64,000 nucleotides of DNA. Origin: an uncultured Chromatiales bacterium. Lineage in GTDB: Bacteria; Bacteroidota; Ignavibacteria; SZUA-365. Made by a program: the position numbers and the translations under genes. A model generated the notes under the pieces. The model saw only the letters and a program-made list of their open reading frames with translations, searched no databases and was not told where the DNA came from. Positions 28,659 through 39,200 of the stretch are shown here, piece by piece (the first letter of the stretch is position 1; each line of letters opens with the position of its first letter). Location of the stretch: assembly GCA_964388275.1 (NCBI GenBank), contig CAYLZD010000020.1:3232-67231 (forward strand), given 5' to 3'.

Positions 28659-30374
28659 CTACTTTGTGCCGAATGCGAACGCCCTGCTGTACTGTACCCT
28701 TGTGTTCGTGCCGCTGTACGATGCCCGGCTGGGATTCGATGCGTCGTACGAATTGAATTGAAATCTCAACTCGAACTGATCAACCTGCGTCAGACGGTAC
28801 AGAGCTTGAAGCGTGATCAGATGCTGCGTGTCGGTCTCGCTCTCCGTGGATGCCTGCGTGAGATTCAATGTGTACGACAGCCCGGCGTTGAGCTTGTTTT
28901 CCAGAAAGCCCCGGTTGACGCCCAGCGTGATTCCCCTGATGATGTTCGTCAGGTAGGCCGTGTTCACCTCCGTATACTGCACGGCGCCCGAAAAACCGAT
29001 GCCGCTCATCAGCGTGCCCGAATAGTTCAGCATGGCCGTGGTCACGTCATTGTCGCTGAGTTTGCCTGTGAGAATGTTTCTGTCGGCGTAAGTCTGTTTT
29101 GTCACGAACAGCATGAGGAAATGCTGCATGGAACTGCTCATCAGCATGTAGCGCGGCGCCAGGGAGAAGGATTGCGTGACGTTCTCCACTCTTGTGGTGT
29201 CGTTGAGCTGGAAAGCCGCCGAACTGTTGCTCATGCTGTAATTCGAGAACTGCCCGTCCACGCCGAATTCCGCCGACGGCGCCCAGTTGACGCTTGCCGA
29301 GGAAATCACGCGTTTGGTGGTGTAGCCGCGGTCGTTGTACAGGTTGTCGCTTCTGAAGCCGAGCGATCCTCCCGCGCGGAGCGTCCCTTCGAAGAGCCGC
29401 ACCGTGGGGGCTATCGTTATGTCCTCCCTGTCGTTCTGAGTGTAACTGGTTCCGAAGGACTGATATTCCGGTTCCACGCGGGCGTATTCCAGGCGCAGCG
29501 ACCAAATTTCGGCGGAATATGTGCCGGCCGCTTTGAAAGCCAGGTTCACACGCGAGGAAACGCGGGTGTCGTAGATACCGGCGTCGAGAGCGGCGACGTC
29601 GGCGTTGGATACCGTCGGTTGTCTCGTGTCCCGGGTAAGGAAGCTGCCAGCGGCCTCGCCTTCGAACGACAGCTTGCCTTCGAGCATAGCGAAGCGGCCG
29701 TTCAGACCGGTCACGAGGTTCTCCTCCGGGAAAACAGTGTAACGGCTGGGTGGCGAGCTGAGCGATGTGGAGTCGTCCCAGCCGCGCATCACGTTGATGT
29801 CGAGAAAATCCTGCTCGCTTCCGAAACCGATTTTCACGGCGTAACCCATCCGTTTGAACACAGGTTGTATGGCGGCCGCGGAGTCCTCCTGCACGCTGCG
29901 CCGCAGCCGTCCGTACATCGCGGCGGCATGAAACCAGGAAGCCCGCGCCTCGCCGCCCGCTCCGAGGAATACCGCGTCCGACAACGTGAAGTCTGAAAAG
30001 CGCAGGGAGCGGTAACCGGCGTGCAGTGTCACGTTCTTGTAACTCGGACTCACGCCGAACTGGTTGAACGGTTGATTGTACGACCTCTCGTTGGTCGACA
30101 GCACGAAGCTGAAAGGCAGCGCGATACCGTAGAGAGTGAGCGTCGGATTGAAATAAACACGGGCCGTGTTCACCGGCCGCTGAGTCTGCATGCCCGGTAT
30201 CGAGTAGTTCTCCGCCGAAGTCACGAGCGAGCCCGTGAGCGTGATCGGGCGTAACTCCGGATTGGAGAGATCCTGCGAGCGCGCGGGCAGGACCGCCGCG
30301 GACAATATGATTGCCGCGGCGACGGAGCGCACGATGCCGGCGCAATTGCGGGCGGACGGATGCACAGCTTTCAT
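28659..30374 (-). CDS. Predicted large outer-membrane beta-barrel protein of unknown function
   Basis: Signal peptide (..VLPARS-Q), about 570 aa of amphipathic strands, YNQPFNQFGVSPSY motif; start set at MKAVHP. Confidence 0.75.
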   Translation of the reverse strand: MKAVHPSARNCAGIVRSVAAAIILSAAVLPARSQDLSNPELRPITLTGSLVTSAENYSIPGMQTQRPVNTARVYFNPTLTLYGIALPFSFVLSTNERSYNQPFNQFGVSPSYKNVTLHAGYRSLRFSDFTLSDAVFLGAGGEARASWFHAAAMYGRLRRSVQEDSAAAIQPVFKRMGYAVKIGFGSEQDFLDINVMRGWDDSTSLSSPPSRYTVFPEENLVTGLNGRFAMLEGKLSFEGEAAGSFLTRDTRQPTVSNADVAALDAGIYDTRVSSRVNLAFKAAGTYSAEIWSLRLEYARVEPEYQSFGTSYTQNDREDITIAPTVRLFEGTLRAGGSLGFRSDNLYNDRGYTTKRVISSASVNWAPSAEFGVDGQFSNYSMSNSSAAFQLNDTTRVENVTQSFSLAPRYMLMSSSMQHFLMLFVTKQTYADRNILTGKLSDNDVTTAMLNYSGTLMSGIGFSGAVQYTEVNTAYLTNIIRGITLGVNRGFLENKLNAGLSYTLNLTQASTESETDTQHLITLQALYRLTQVDQFELRFQFNSYDASNPSRASYSGTNTRVQYSRAFAFGTK

Positions 30375-30693
30375 AGCGGGGCTGGTTGAGTTTGCTTTGC
30401 TTGCCAGGAAATGCGGCGGAATAATGCGCATTTTGCCGATGAAAATCAAACGTGTATTCCCGTCAGTGTTTTTCTTGCGCGAGTCTCGCTGAAAGCTCAG
30501 GACCATCAACTCCAATTTCCATATTTGGCTCATAATACATATATTTCTCTGTTGATTCATCCAGTCCAACGTGAATCATACATTATACACGACTACAGGG
30601 GGAAGAAAAGGACTTTCGTTTCGGATTGCCGGGTAAGGATATTCGCGGTCGGTGATGCGAGTCTTTCAATCGGAGGCGGGGAAGCATTGAGGT

Positions 30694-33150
30694 ATGGCTG
30701 AGGAAGAGCGCTCGAATATGGCGTCCAAAGATGCATCGGACAAGTGTGTTGAAGGCGTGGACGTCCCCAGCAGGATGGAAGATGCAGGCGCCGGGCATGT
30801 GCGCGCCACCGGGATCGCGCCTGCCGGGCAGTTCAGCATACAGGGCAATGGCGTTTCAATGGAACGTAGGCGGTTCGAATTGCCTCCGGACGTCGATCCG
30901 TTGAGTATTTGCGGCTGCATCGCCGACGCTATGCCGACGGGCGTTGCCGTTATCGGCAGGGACCGGAAATTCGCATTCGTCAATTCCGCCGCGGCGGAAT
31001 TAGCAAACTCAACCCCTGAGCGGCTGTATGGAACTCCCGTGGCGAACGGACTGGGGATACCCGGCTCTTTCGCCGCGCTCGTCGAAGAGGCCGCCGAGAC
31101 GGCTTTGTATCGGGGCGCGCGCGCCAAATTTCTATTCGACGATCCGGATTCGCCGGAACGGCGGGTCTTCGATTGCGATGTTCTGCCGGTCGGCATCGAT
31201 TGCGGCATGCCTTTGTATGCGCTGCTGGTTATTAACGATGTTACAGGAGACGCTGAAACCAGGGAAGCTTTGAAAATACAGAGGGATCTTGCCGCCGCTC
31301 TTTGCGGATTATCGGATGCGCCCGATGTGTACGAGGTGATTTTCGATGCATTCCTCGGCGTCCAGGGCATCGAAGGTGCAGGACTGTACCTGCTCCGTGA
31401 AACGGACGGCGCCGCCTTTCTTACCGCCCACAGGGGGATGTCTCGGCGTTTCGTAGACGCTGTTGACTTCATGTCCCCGGACTCGGCGCCCATACAGTTG
31501 TTGAGCACAGGCAAGGCGCTCTATTTCGGTGTCGATGACGCCATCCCGGAGCTGAAGGAATTGTACAGGAACGAGAAACTCCGGTTCATTGCGGTAGTGC
31601 CGATTATCGACCGTAAATGTCTCATCGGCTGCCTGAATCTCGCTTCGAGATCCGTTGCGGATTTCAAACCGGCATTCAGATCGATTATCGAGTCCGCCGC
31701 GGCCCAGATCGGCTCGACTCTCGCTCGCATCGGCGCGACCGGCATGCTGCGGCGGAGCGAGGCCCGCTACAGGGGCATTGTCGATTCCGCCGTGGAGCTG
31801 ATTGTGCGGATCAACGCGGAAGGGCGAATCACTTTCGTCAACGAGGCGTTCTGCGAAACCTTCGGTTCAACTTTCGGACGCTTGTTCGGAACCCGAGCTT
31901 TGATGCATCTGGCCGTTGAGGGAGAATGGAGGACGATTCTCGATAAACTCACTCATCCTCCCCGCCGCTGCAGCTTCACCGGATATGCATCGACGTCCGC
32001 AGGGCGCCGGTGGTTTCGATGGGAGGCTGTCGGGATCGCGGGACCCGGAGACCGTGTGACCGAGTACCAGGCGGCCGGGCGCGATATCACCGAAGACAGG
32101 ATCGCGGCCGAGAGACAGCAAGTGTTTCAGCTGGCGTTGCAAAGCTCATCGGACATCGTGATGCTGTTGGATCCCGGCTTCAGGATCACCTTCCTGAACA
32201 GAGCTTGCGCCGCCGCGCTGGATATTCCGGAGAACAGCGCGCCCGGGTTAGGACTGGCACGCCTGCTGGAGGATTTCCATGCCCGGTTTCCGGCTGAAAT
32301 GCCCGGCGCCGCGGATGCGGGAGGCTGGTCCGGCATAATCGACGGCTACCGCCGCGACCGAAGGCGGCTGCATCTGCGCGCGGCCGTATCGGCCGTCAGA
32401 AACGAAAATGACACCGTCTCCGGCTACCTGCTCGTCGGCCGCGACATAACCGACGAAGTGCTCGCTGCCGAAAAAGAGCAGGACAATCGCCTCTTTGCGG
32501 CGGTCGGACGCGTGTCGTCGATGATCGCTCACGATCTGAAGACGCCCCTGACATCGATCACTCTCAATGTTGACATGATGGCCGACGAACTGGGCGATCG
32601 GCCTGAATACGAGAAATCTTTCGGCATAATCAAATCGGAACTGCTCCGGTTGCAGAAGATTGTCCGCCGAGGGCTCACGCTCAACGAAGCCGCGCAGATC
32701 TCGCGTGAACCCGTGCCGCTGCGCCAGCTTGTCGAGTGTGAAATCCATGCCCTGCGCTCGAAAGCCGGGCGGAAGGGGATCGCCCTTCACAATCGCCTGC
32801 CGGACGTTCGGGTCACCGGGGACCGGGAATTGCTCGTGTCCGTCTTCCGGAACCTGCTGGACAACGGTATCGAGGCGATCGAGCGTAATGGGACTGTGGT
32901 CGTGACGGGGCGGTATGCAAACGGGACGGGCATGATCGAGTGCTTCGTGACCGACAGCGGTTGCGGAATATCGGATGCTTCAAACCTGTTTCGTCCTTTC
33001 AGGACGACCAAGGAAGGCGGGTCGGGACTTGGACTTGCCACCGCGCACAAAGTCTGCGAGCTGCACGGCGGCGGGCTCGCTCTGCAGAGTTCCAGGCCGG
33101 GACTCACGGTTTTCCGGGTCACGCTGCCTCTCGCGGAGGACGAAAAATGA
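30694..33150 (+). CDS. Soluble PAS-GAF-PAS-PAS sensor histidine kinase
   Basis: PAS signatures (FVNSAA, FVNEAF, GRDIT twice), GAF segment, H box AHDLKTPL, N box NLLDNGIEA, DSGCGI, GSGLGL; no TM helix; exact start uncertain. Confidence 0.9.
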   Translation: MAEEERSNMASKDASDKCVEGVDVPSRMEDAGAGHVRATGIAPAGQFSIQGNGVSMERRRFELPPDVDPLSICGCIADAMPTGVAVIGRDRKFAFVNSAAAELANSTPERLYGTPVANGLGIPGSFAALVEEAAETALYRGARAKFLFDDPDSPERRVFDCDVLPVGIDCGMPLYALLVINDVTGDAETREALKIQRDLAAALCGLSDAPDVYEVIFDAFLGVQGIEGAGLYLLRETDGAAFLTAHRGMSRRFVDAVDFMSPDSAPIQLLSTGKALYFGVDDAIPELKELYRNEKLRFIAVVPIIDRKCLIGCLNLASRSVADFKPAFRSIIESAAAQIGSTLARIGATGMLRRSEARYRGIVDSAVELIVRINAEGRITFVNEAFCETFGSTFGRLFGTRALMHLAVEGEWRTILDKLTHPPRRCSFTGYASTSAGRRWFRWEAVGIAGPGDRVTEYQAAGRDITEDRIAAERQQVFQLALQSSSDIVMLLDPGFRITFLNRACAAALDIPENSAPGLGLARLLEDFHARFPAEMPGAADAGGWSGIIDGYRRDRRRLHLRAAVSAVRNENDTVSGYLLVGRDITDEVLAAEKEQDNRLFAAVGRVSSMIAHDLKTPLTSITLNVDMMADELGDRPEYEKSFGIIKSELLRLQKIVRRGLTLNEAAQISREPVPLRQLVECEIHALRSKAGRKGIALHNRLPDVRVTGDRELLVSVFRNLLDNGIEAIERNGTVVVTGRYANGTGMIECFVTDSGCGISDASNLFRPFRTTKEGGSGLGLATAHKVCELHGGGLALQSSRPGLTVFRVTLPLAEDEK

Positions 33151-34508
33151 TGCTCGGACGCCTGCTGGTGGTCGACGATGAAGCGTCGATACGCGAGTCG
33201 CTCGTCTTGTATTTCGAGCGCCTTGGCCTCGAAGTGAAACCGGCCGCCGGCGCGGAACAGGCGCTTTCGGCGCTCGATTCCTGGCCGCCCGATCTGATCA
33301 TCGCCGACATCTGCATGCCGGGCATGTCAGGCCTGGAAATGCTTGACCGGATTCACGAACGGATTCCGGGCCTTCCGGTGATCATGATGACCGCCTACGA
33401 TGAAATGGAGAACGCAATTCAATCCATTCAGAGAGGCGCCTACGAATACGTCGAGAAACCCCTGGACACGGAGCGACTGCGTGATATCGTCGAGGCGGCC
33501 CTGCAGAGCCGCTGCCTCGGAATAAAAGTAGACAGCGTTGCGGTTCTCGCACAGACCCCGCCCAGCCCTCGGCGCACGGCGCGGCTCATCGGCCAGACCC
33601 GGCCGATGAAGCAGATCTTCAAGCAGATTGGACAGGTTTCCAATACCCGTGTGACGGTATTGCTGCAGGGCGGGAGCGGCACTGGAAAGGAACTGATCGC
33701 CAGGGTCATACACGAAGCGGGCGTGACTCTCGATCATCCGTTCATCGCCGTCAACTGCGCTGTTCTGAGCGAGGGGTTGCTGGAGAGCGAGTTGTTCGGG
33801 CATGTGCGCGGCGCTTTCACGGGCGCCATCCGCGACAAGCGAGGCAAATTCGCTCTCGCGAGGGAGGGCACGATTTTCCTCGACGAGATAGCCGACATCT
33901 CTCCCGCGTTCCAGATGAAACTGTTGAGGGTGTTGCAGGAACGCGAATACGAACAGGTAGGGGGCGAGCGGACTTTTCCCATGCAGGCCCGCGTAATCGC
34001 TGCCTCGAACAGGGATCTCGAACGGCTGACCGCGGAGGGGATTTTCCGCGAGGATCTGTACTACCGGCTCAGCGTATTCCGCATCGACGTGCCTCCGCTG
34101 CGCGACAGGCGCGACGACATACCGGCTCTCGTGCTGCATTTCCTGCAGAAAATAAATGCGGAAGTGCACAAGAATGTCAGAACTATTCCATACAAGACCA
34201 TGGAATTGCTGCAAGCATACGACTGGCCGGGCAATGTTCGCGAACTCGAAAACACGCTGATGCAGGCCGTCATCCGGGCCAAAAGCGAGGTCCTAGAACC
34301 GCAGGACATCACGCCGCACCGCCTGCCTCATCCCGCCGATGCGCCGGAAGTCCCGGACGTCATGCCGAGTCTCAGGGAACTGGAGCAACAACATATTCTT
34401 CGCGTGCTCGAACACACTGGATGGAACAGGCAAAAGACGTGTTCCATACTCGGCATATCGAAACCCACTCTCAACAGGAAGATCGGCGAGTACGGGCTCA
34501 AGAGGTGA
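33147..34508 (+). CDS. NtrC-family sigma54-dependent response regulator (REC-AAA+-HTH)
   Basis: VVDDE, DICMPGMSG, GGSGTGKE, ESELFGH, GAFTGA, FLDEI, FREDLYYRL, WPGNVREL, Fis-type HTH; ATGA overlap with the kinase. Confidence 0.95.
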   Translation: MMLGRLLVVDDEASIRESLVLYFERLGLEVKPAAGAEQALSALDSWPPDLIIADICMPGMSGLEMLDRIHERIPGLPVIMMTAYDEMENAIQSIQRGAYEYVEKPLDTERLRDIVEAALQSRCLGIKVDSVAVLAQTPPSPRRTARLIGQTRPMKQIFKQIGQVSNTRVTVLLQGGSGTGKELIARVIHEAGVTLDHPFIAVNCAVLSEGLLESELFGHVRGAFTGAIRDKRGKFALAREGTIFLDEIADISPAFQMKLLRVLQEREYEQVGGERTFPMQARVIAASNRDLERLTAEGIFREDLYYRLSVFRIDVPPLRDRRDDIPALVLHFLQKINAEVHKNVRTIPYKTMELLQAYDWPGNVRELENTLMQAVIRAKSEVLEPQDITPHRLPHPADAPEVPDVMPSLRELEQQHILRVLEHTGWNRQKTCSILGISKPTLNRKIGEYGLKR

Positions 34509-34509
34509 G

Positions 34510-34530
34510 GGGATTGGGGATTGCGGATTG
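34510..34530. repeat. Short tandem heptamer repeat (SGGATTG x3)
   Basis: GGGATTG GGGATTG CGGATTG directly after the response-regulator stop codon. Confidence 0.55.
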
Positions 34531-34730
34531 GGAGCTGTAGGTCCGGATTTGTCGGGTATACTCCGTTGATTGAGTTCGTCAGGCGTCTTACGCGCTTGTG
34601 ATTGGGGCGTTTTTCGCATAGATTCTGTCTTCGCACAGATATGCGGATGATCCGGCCGCAAGGTACCGCGGTGAGGAACGCCGTGGCCATGTTCGAGTCA
34701 TCGAATTCTCACAATTGATTGGAGGCGGAA

Positions 34731-36161
34731 ATGATTATCCGAATTCGGGAGCGTTCCAAGTCGCTCATGGCTGCGTTTCTCGCGGGTCTGCTGCCGCTGT
34801 TTGCAGCGGCCCAGGACTGGCCGATGACCGGTGGAAATTCGATGAGAACCGGTTGGGCAGGCAATAATGCCGGCATCGCGCCTCCGCTTGTCGCCGGAGC
34901 TCAGGTTGCCGTTCCGGTGGATGGATGCGAGCAGTTCATCATAACGGGTGGAATCCTTTATGCCGCGGCAGGCGGCGAGCCGAATGTCCTGAATGCCGTT
35001 GACCTTTCGAGCGGAACCGTTCGCTGGTCGTTCAGAGTGCCAGGCTCCCGAGCCGCCAACGGCAAAGTGCCGGCAGCGGGCGCCGGGATAGTGCTCATCG
35101 GAGGGCAGCATTCCGACAGCTTGTTCGCCCTGCGTCCGGCGGACGGTACGCTGATGTGGAGCAAGTTCGTGGGACCGTCCTATGCGCGCAACGCGATCAT
35201 CGACGCCGGTAGAGCCTTCATCGTCGCCGACAGCGCGTACTGCATGGATGCGCCATCGGGGGAAAGCGTCTGGACATATCCGTTCGACCGTCCAACGACC
35301 CCTGCTGTGGACGCGGAAAATGTTTATCTGTGCGGCGGCGGCATCCTGCATGCGCTGAACAGGCTGACCGGCATAGAGCGCTGGAGAGCGCGTGTTACAG
35401 CCCAGTCATACGGTTCCGTGGCTGTGTCGGGCGATCTGGTTCTCGCCGCAGGGCGCGACACGGTTTATGCCGTGAAGAAGGCGGACGGCGACGTGGTATG
35501 GAGGGCGCCGCTGCTCGGAATAGCATCCGAACTCGCCGCCGGCGCTCTTGCCGTCTCCGACGACGCCGTCTGCGTCGCGTTCTGGAATGATCCGCTTGAC
35601 CGCGGCGGAGTCGCCTGCTTCGAGAGAAGCGACGGCAGTCCGCGCTGGCGGCATACTTTCCTTACGCCGGGCGCCATGACTCCGACGATTGTGGACGGCG
35701 TCGCCTATTTCGTGAACTGGACGGAGCGATTGCTCGTCGGCATAAACATGGTCAACGGCGGATTGGTTTTTCAAGGGACCGGCGTGTCCGCCATGTATCA
35801 ACCGGTCGTGGCCGACAGCGCGCTGTGGGTGAGCACCGGAACGGGAGTCATTCCTTTTCGTTCGATCGGTTCGGGCGCCGGCGGTTTCGGTCCGGACGAC
35901 ATCCGGCTGTCCGCCTTCCCGAATCCTTCGACGTCGGAATTCGCCATCCGAGCCGAATCCCGGGGTGAGAAAAAAGCGTTTCTGGAAATCGTCGATCCGC
36001 TCGGACGCCGGGTCGCGCTGCTCGCGGACGCCTCTTTGACCGCGGGCGGCGGTGAATACCGGTGGAATCCCGCGGAAGCGGGTTTGTCCGCCGGTCTCTA
36101 CATGCTCGTCCTGCGCGGCGCCCGTGAAACGAGGGCCGTCCGGTTGTTGTACCTCAAGTAA
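34731..36161 (+). CDS. PQQ-like (BamB-type) beta-propeller protein with T9SS-type CTD
   Basis: GGAGG SD at 34721; repeats ALN..TG..RW, A....DG.VVW; CTD AFPNPS..EIVDPLGRRV..LSAGLYML. Confidence 0.85.
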   Translation: MIIRIRERSKSLMAAFLAGLLPLFAAAQDWPMTGGNSMRTGWAGNNAGIAPPLVAGAQVAVPVDGCEQFIITGGILYAAAGGEPNVLNAVDLSSGTVRWSFRVPGSRAANGKVPAAGAGIVLIGGQHSDSLFALRPADGTLMWSKFVGPSYARNAIIDAGRAFIVADSAYCMDAPSGESVWTYPFDRPTTPAVDAENVYLCGGGILHALNRLTGIERWRARVTAQSYGSVAVSGDLVLAAGRDTVYAVKKADGDVVWRAPLLGIASELAAGALAVSDDAVCVAFWNDPLDRGGVACFERSDGSPRWRHTFLTPGAMTPTIVDGVAYFVNWTERLLVGINMVNGGLVFQGTGVSAMYQPVVADSALWVSTGTGVIPFRSIGSGAGGFGPDDIRLSAFPNPSTSEFAIRAESRGEKKAFLEIVDPLGRRVALLADASLTAGGGEYRWNPAEAGLSAGLYMLVLRGARETRAVRLLYLK

Positions 36162-36207
36162 ACCCGGAATGCGGGGCCGGGAGCGCCGCGCCGGCTGAGG
36201 CGCGTGC

Positions 36208-39200
36208 TCAGGGCAGTACGGCCACTCTTGTGGACGTCCTGAATCGCCCTGTCTCGAGCACCAAGTGGTAGATGCCTGCTGACACGCGGCGTGGAGCGTC
36301 GAGGAGCAGAGTGCCGTCCGCCCGGACCCAGGCAAGCTGCGACTTTACAGCTTTGCCGAGAGCATCGAACCAGCGGACGGTGAGCTGTTCCGCCACAGCG
36401 CCGGAAACCGACAAGCTTAGCATGCCGTTGTTGATTCCGCTCAGGTGCAGAGGATTGGGATGCGCCGAACCGATGGTGAATTCGGCAGCACGGGCCTCAC
36501 GTGTGACGGATGATATGGGCCCCAGCGGATTGAGGACGAAGGTGTCGCGGTAGGTCACCGGCACCGTCGGACGCAGGATCAGGGAATCGCCCTTCGTGAA
36601 AGTAGACGCGCTGTCCTTTGCGTACACCCAGCCCGCATACATTATGGGTATAGACTTGGCGTCGTCGAGCAAGGCGGCTGAAAGAAGGTCCGGGTCCGGC
36701 TGGCCTGTGTACGGCGCGTCCAGCACGAACAGATACTCGCGGTCGGCCGCTGCGCGCGGGTCCCAGGTGTTGTTCGCCCGCGGGCCCCCGAGCTGCTCGA
36801 CGAAGGCGAGTTCGATCCGGCGGGGGGATGACGGGTCTCGGATGTCCCAAGCGCTCACAGGGATCTCGTGATATCCGGTGCAGCCGTAATTGGGCGTGCC
36901 GCCTCTTAAATATCCGTACGCCTTTTGAGGAGAGGACGGATCGAAGACCAGCGCGACCGCGTACAGCTCCATCAGGCCGGTCCTTGTGCCCCAGCCCCAA
37001 GCGTGACCCGTTCCGAATGGGATGTAGTCGATGAACCACTTGTTGCCGCTCGGCATGTACTCGACCGACAGCATTTCTTCTTCGAGCCTCCAGATCGGAT
37101 CGGCGTCGTAATCCAGCCAGTTCGAGTTCGCCGTGCCCAGCGTAAGCTTCCAGCCGTCGACGACGGGCATTTCATGCGCGTACAGCGAAGGAAGGGGCCG
37201 CCGCGTCAACAGTACGCGCGCGTCCGTGGCGTCTTCTATTGTCACGTAACGCTGAGCGTCCGTTTCCTCGCCCTCGATGTGGACGACGTAGGTGTGGTCC
37301 TTCATGGCGCCGCGGTCGACTACGCGGTAACCGAGGGCGCCGGTGCCGGGCCCGGAAATATGCCGCGTCAATGAATCGGCGGGAGGCGACGCGAACGCTT
37401 GCGCGGCGAGCTCGAGCGTGTCGCACCAGCAGTTGTTCACGGTGTCGTTTATGCTTACGGGCAGAAGGAAGATCTCGCCGTCCGTCGCGGCCGCGGGGAC
37501 ATCGAAACTGAGATAGGAAAGCTCGTCGAACGGATCATAGGGCCGGACGGTTTCGCTGTTGGAAGACACGAACGGCGTCTCTATGAACTCCGGCCGCCGC
37601 GGCTCGAAATCACGAGCGTACACCTTGACGGCCCCGGCATCGAAAGGCGTCGAATTCCGCACCGCGGCGCTGAAACGCACGTTCTCTCCCGGATTGGCTG
37701 CGCCGTCGAAATTCAGATGATCGGATTCGATCCTGTGCAGCCGGGCTGATACCTGTCCCGCAAGCGGTATGCACACACCGCCCGGCCATTCCATGCGTTT
37801 ATCGCCATCGTAGCCGGCTTCGACCGTAAAATCGACTCCGGCGTGTCTCCGCGGCGTGATCCACGAAGCCGAATAGACGAAATCCCCCGCGGACCCGTCA
37901 CCGTGCAGTCCGTCGTCGAAGAGCATGAAACGGGCGATCTCGATTCCCTGCTTGTCGCGGACGATCGCGCGGGCGGAGGAGCTGTTCAGAAGCGCGGCTC
38001 TGACGATCAATTCGGATGAATCGGTGTGGAAATACACGATTTCGTGCGAGATCTCCGGCAGGATATTCTCGCAAGCGGGATTGTCGTGGCACAATTGCAG
38101 TATGTCGGACGCTTTCCTCAATTCGACTATCTCCTCCCTCAGAAGAGGGCGCTGCGCGACGAGGTAGGCGTAAACCACTTCCTGCGTGTCTCCCCGCGCC
38201 ATCGTGAACGGTCCGGATGACAGCAGCATCCGACGGTCAGAGGGCTGGTGCACATCACCGTCGATCCAGCCGGCGCCGGTCGCAGGATCTCCGGCAAGAG
38301 GAAAGTTTGTGGGCGTTTTTGTATGCGGATCCACATGGGATCCCCCGGCGAACAGCCGTCCCTGCATGTTGTTGTAGAGCTGCGCCGCGCCGTACGGAGT
38401 TCCGAGATTCGGATCTCGGTACACCGCGTCGCTGTTGATATAGAAGGTAAAAGCGGTGATCGGAAGATTCCTGAAACCTTCACGCAATCCGGCGCCGAAG
38501 CGGGCGGTGGCGCCGCTCTCCGGCGCAATGGGGCCCTGAATCATGCGTATGCCGAGAGCCGGCGGATCGCCGTATCCGCCGTCCCGGGTCCTGCCGTTAT
38601 AGACAAATGCCATGTTCCGTGTCGTGTCCACTCCCACAAGATCATCCAGCCCGTCGCCCAGATCGGGATCGGTCCATCGTGCGAAATAAACGTCCTCGAA
38701 ATCGGAGGCGCCCCGGTTGATCAGAGTGTGCTTCACGAAAACCGCGTTGTCCAGAGGCGCGGGATTTCTGAATGCCCAGACCATTGTGCGGATTTCGAGT
38801 CCGACGGGCGGTGTTCCATAGAGCGTCGCCGTCCTGGTCGGATCCAGGTCGTTGGAGACGAACCACAGCGCCTCGTCGCCCGGGTATAGGGGCTTGTCGC
38901 CGGCCGACGAGTCGCTCAGCCAGGCGTTGAAATCCGGATCGTATTGTCCGTTGCCGTCCTCGTCGAAAATAGGCGCTCCGCCGCCGGCCGGCCATTCCGT
39001 GAAGTCGCGGCGCAGACGCTCCTGTTCCCGCGGCGGCAGGACGTCGAACTCAGCCCGCGTGATTCGCCGCGCCTTGTAGATGCGGAAAGCCGGATCGGAT
39101 GGGTCGGCCGCCTCGCCGTCGCTCTCTATGCCGCCGGCTTGCCAGCCGTAGCGGTACGTGGCGCCGCCCGCGCGAAACTCGCCGTCGGCTTTGCCCGCGT

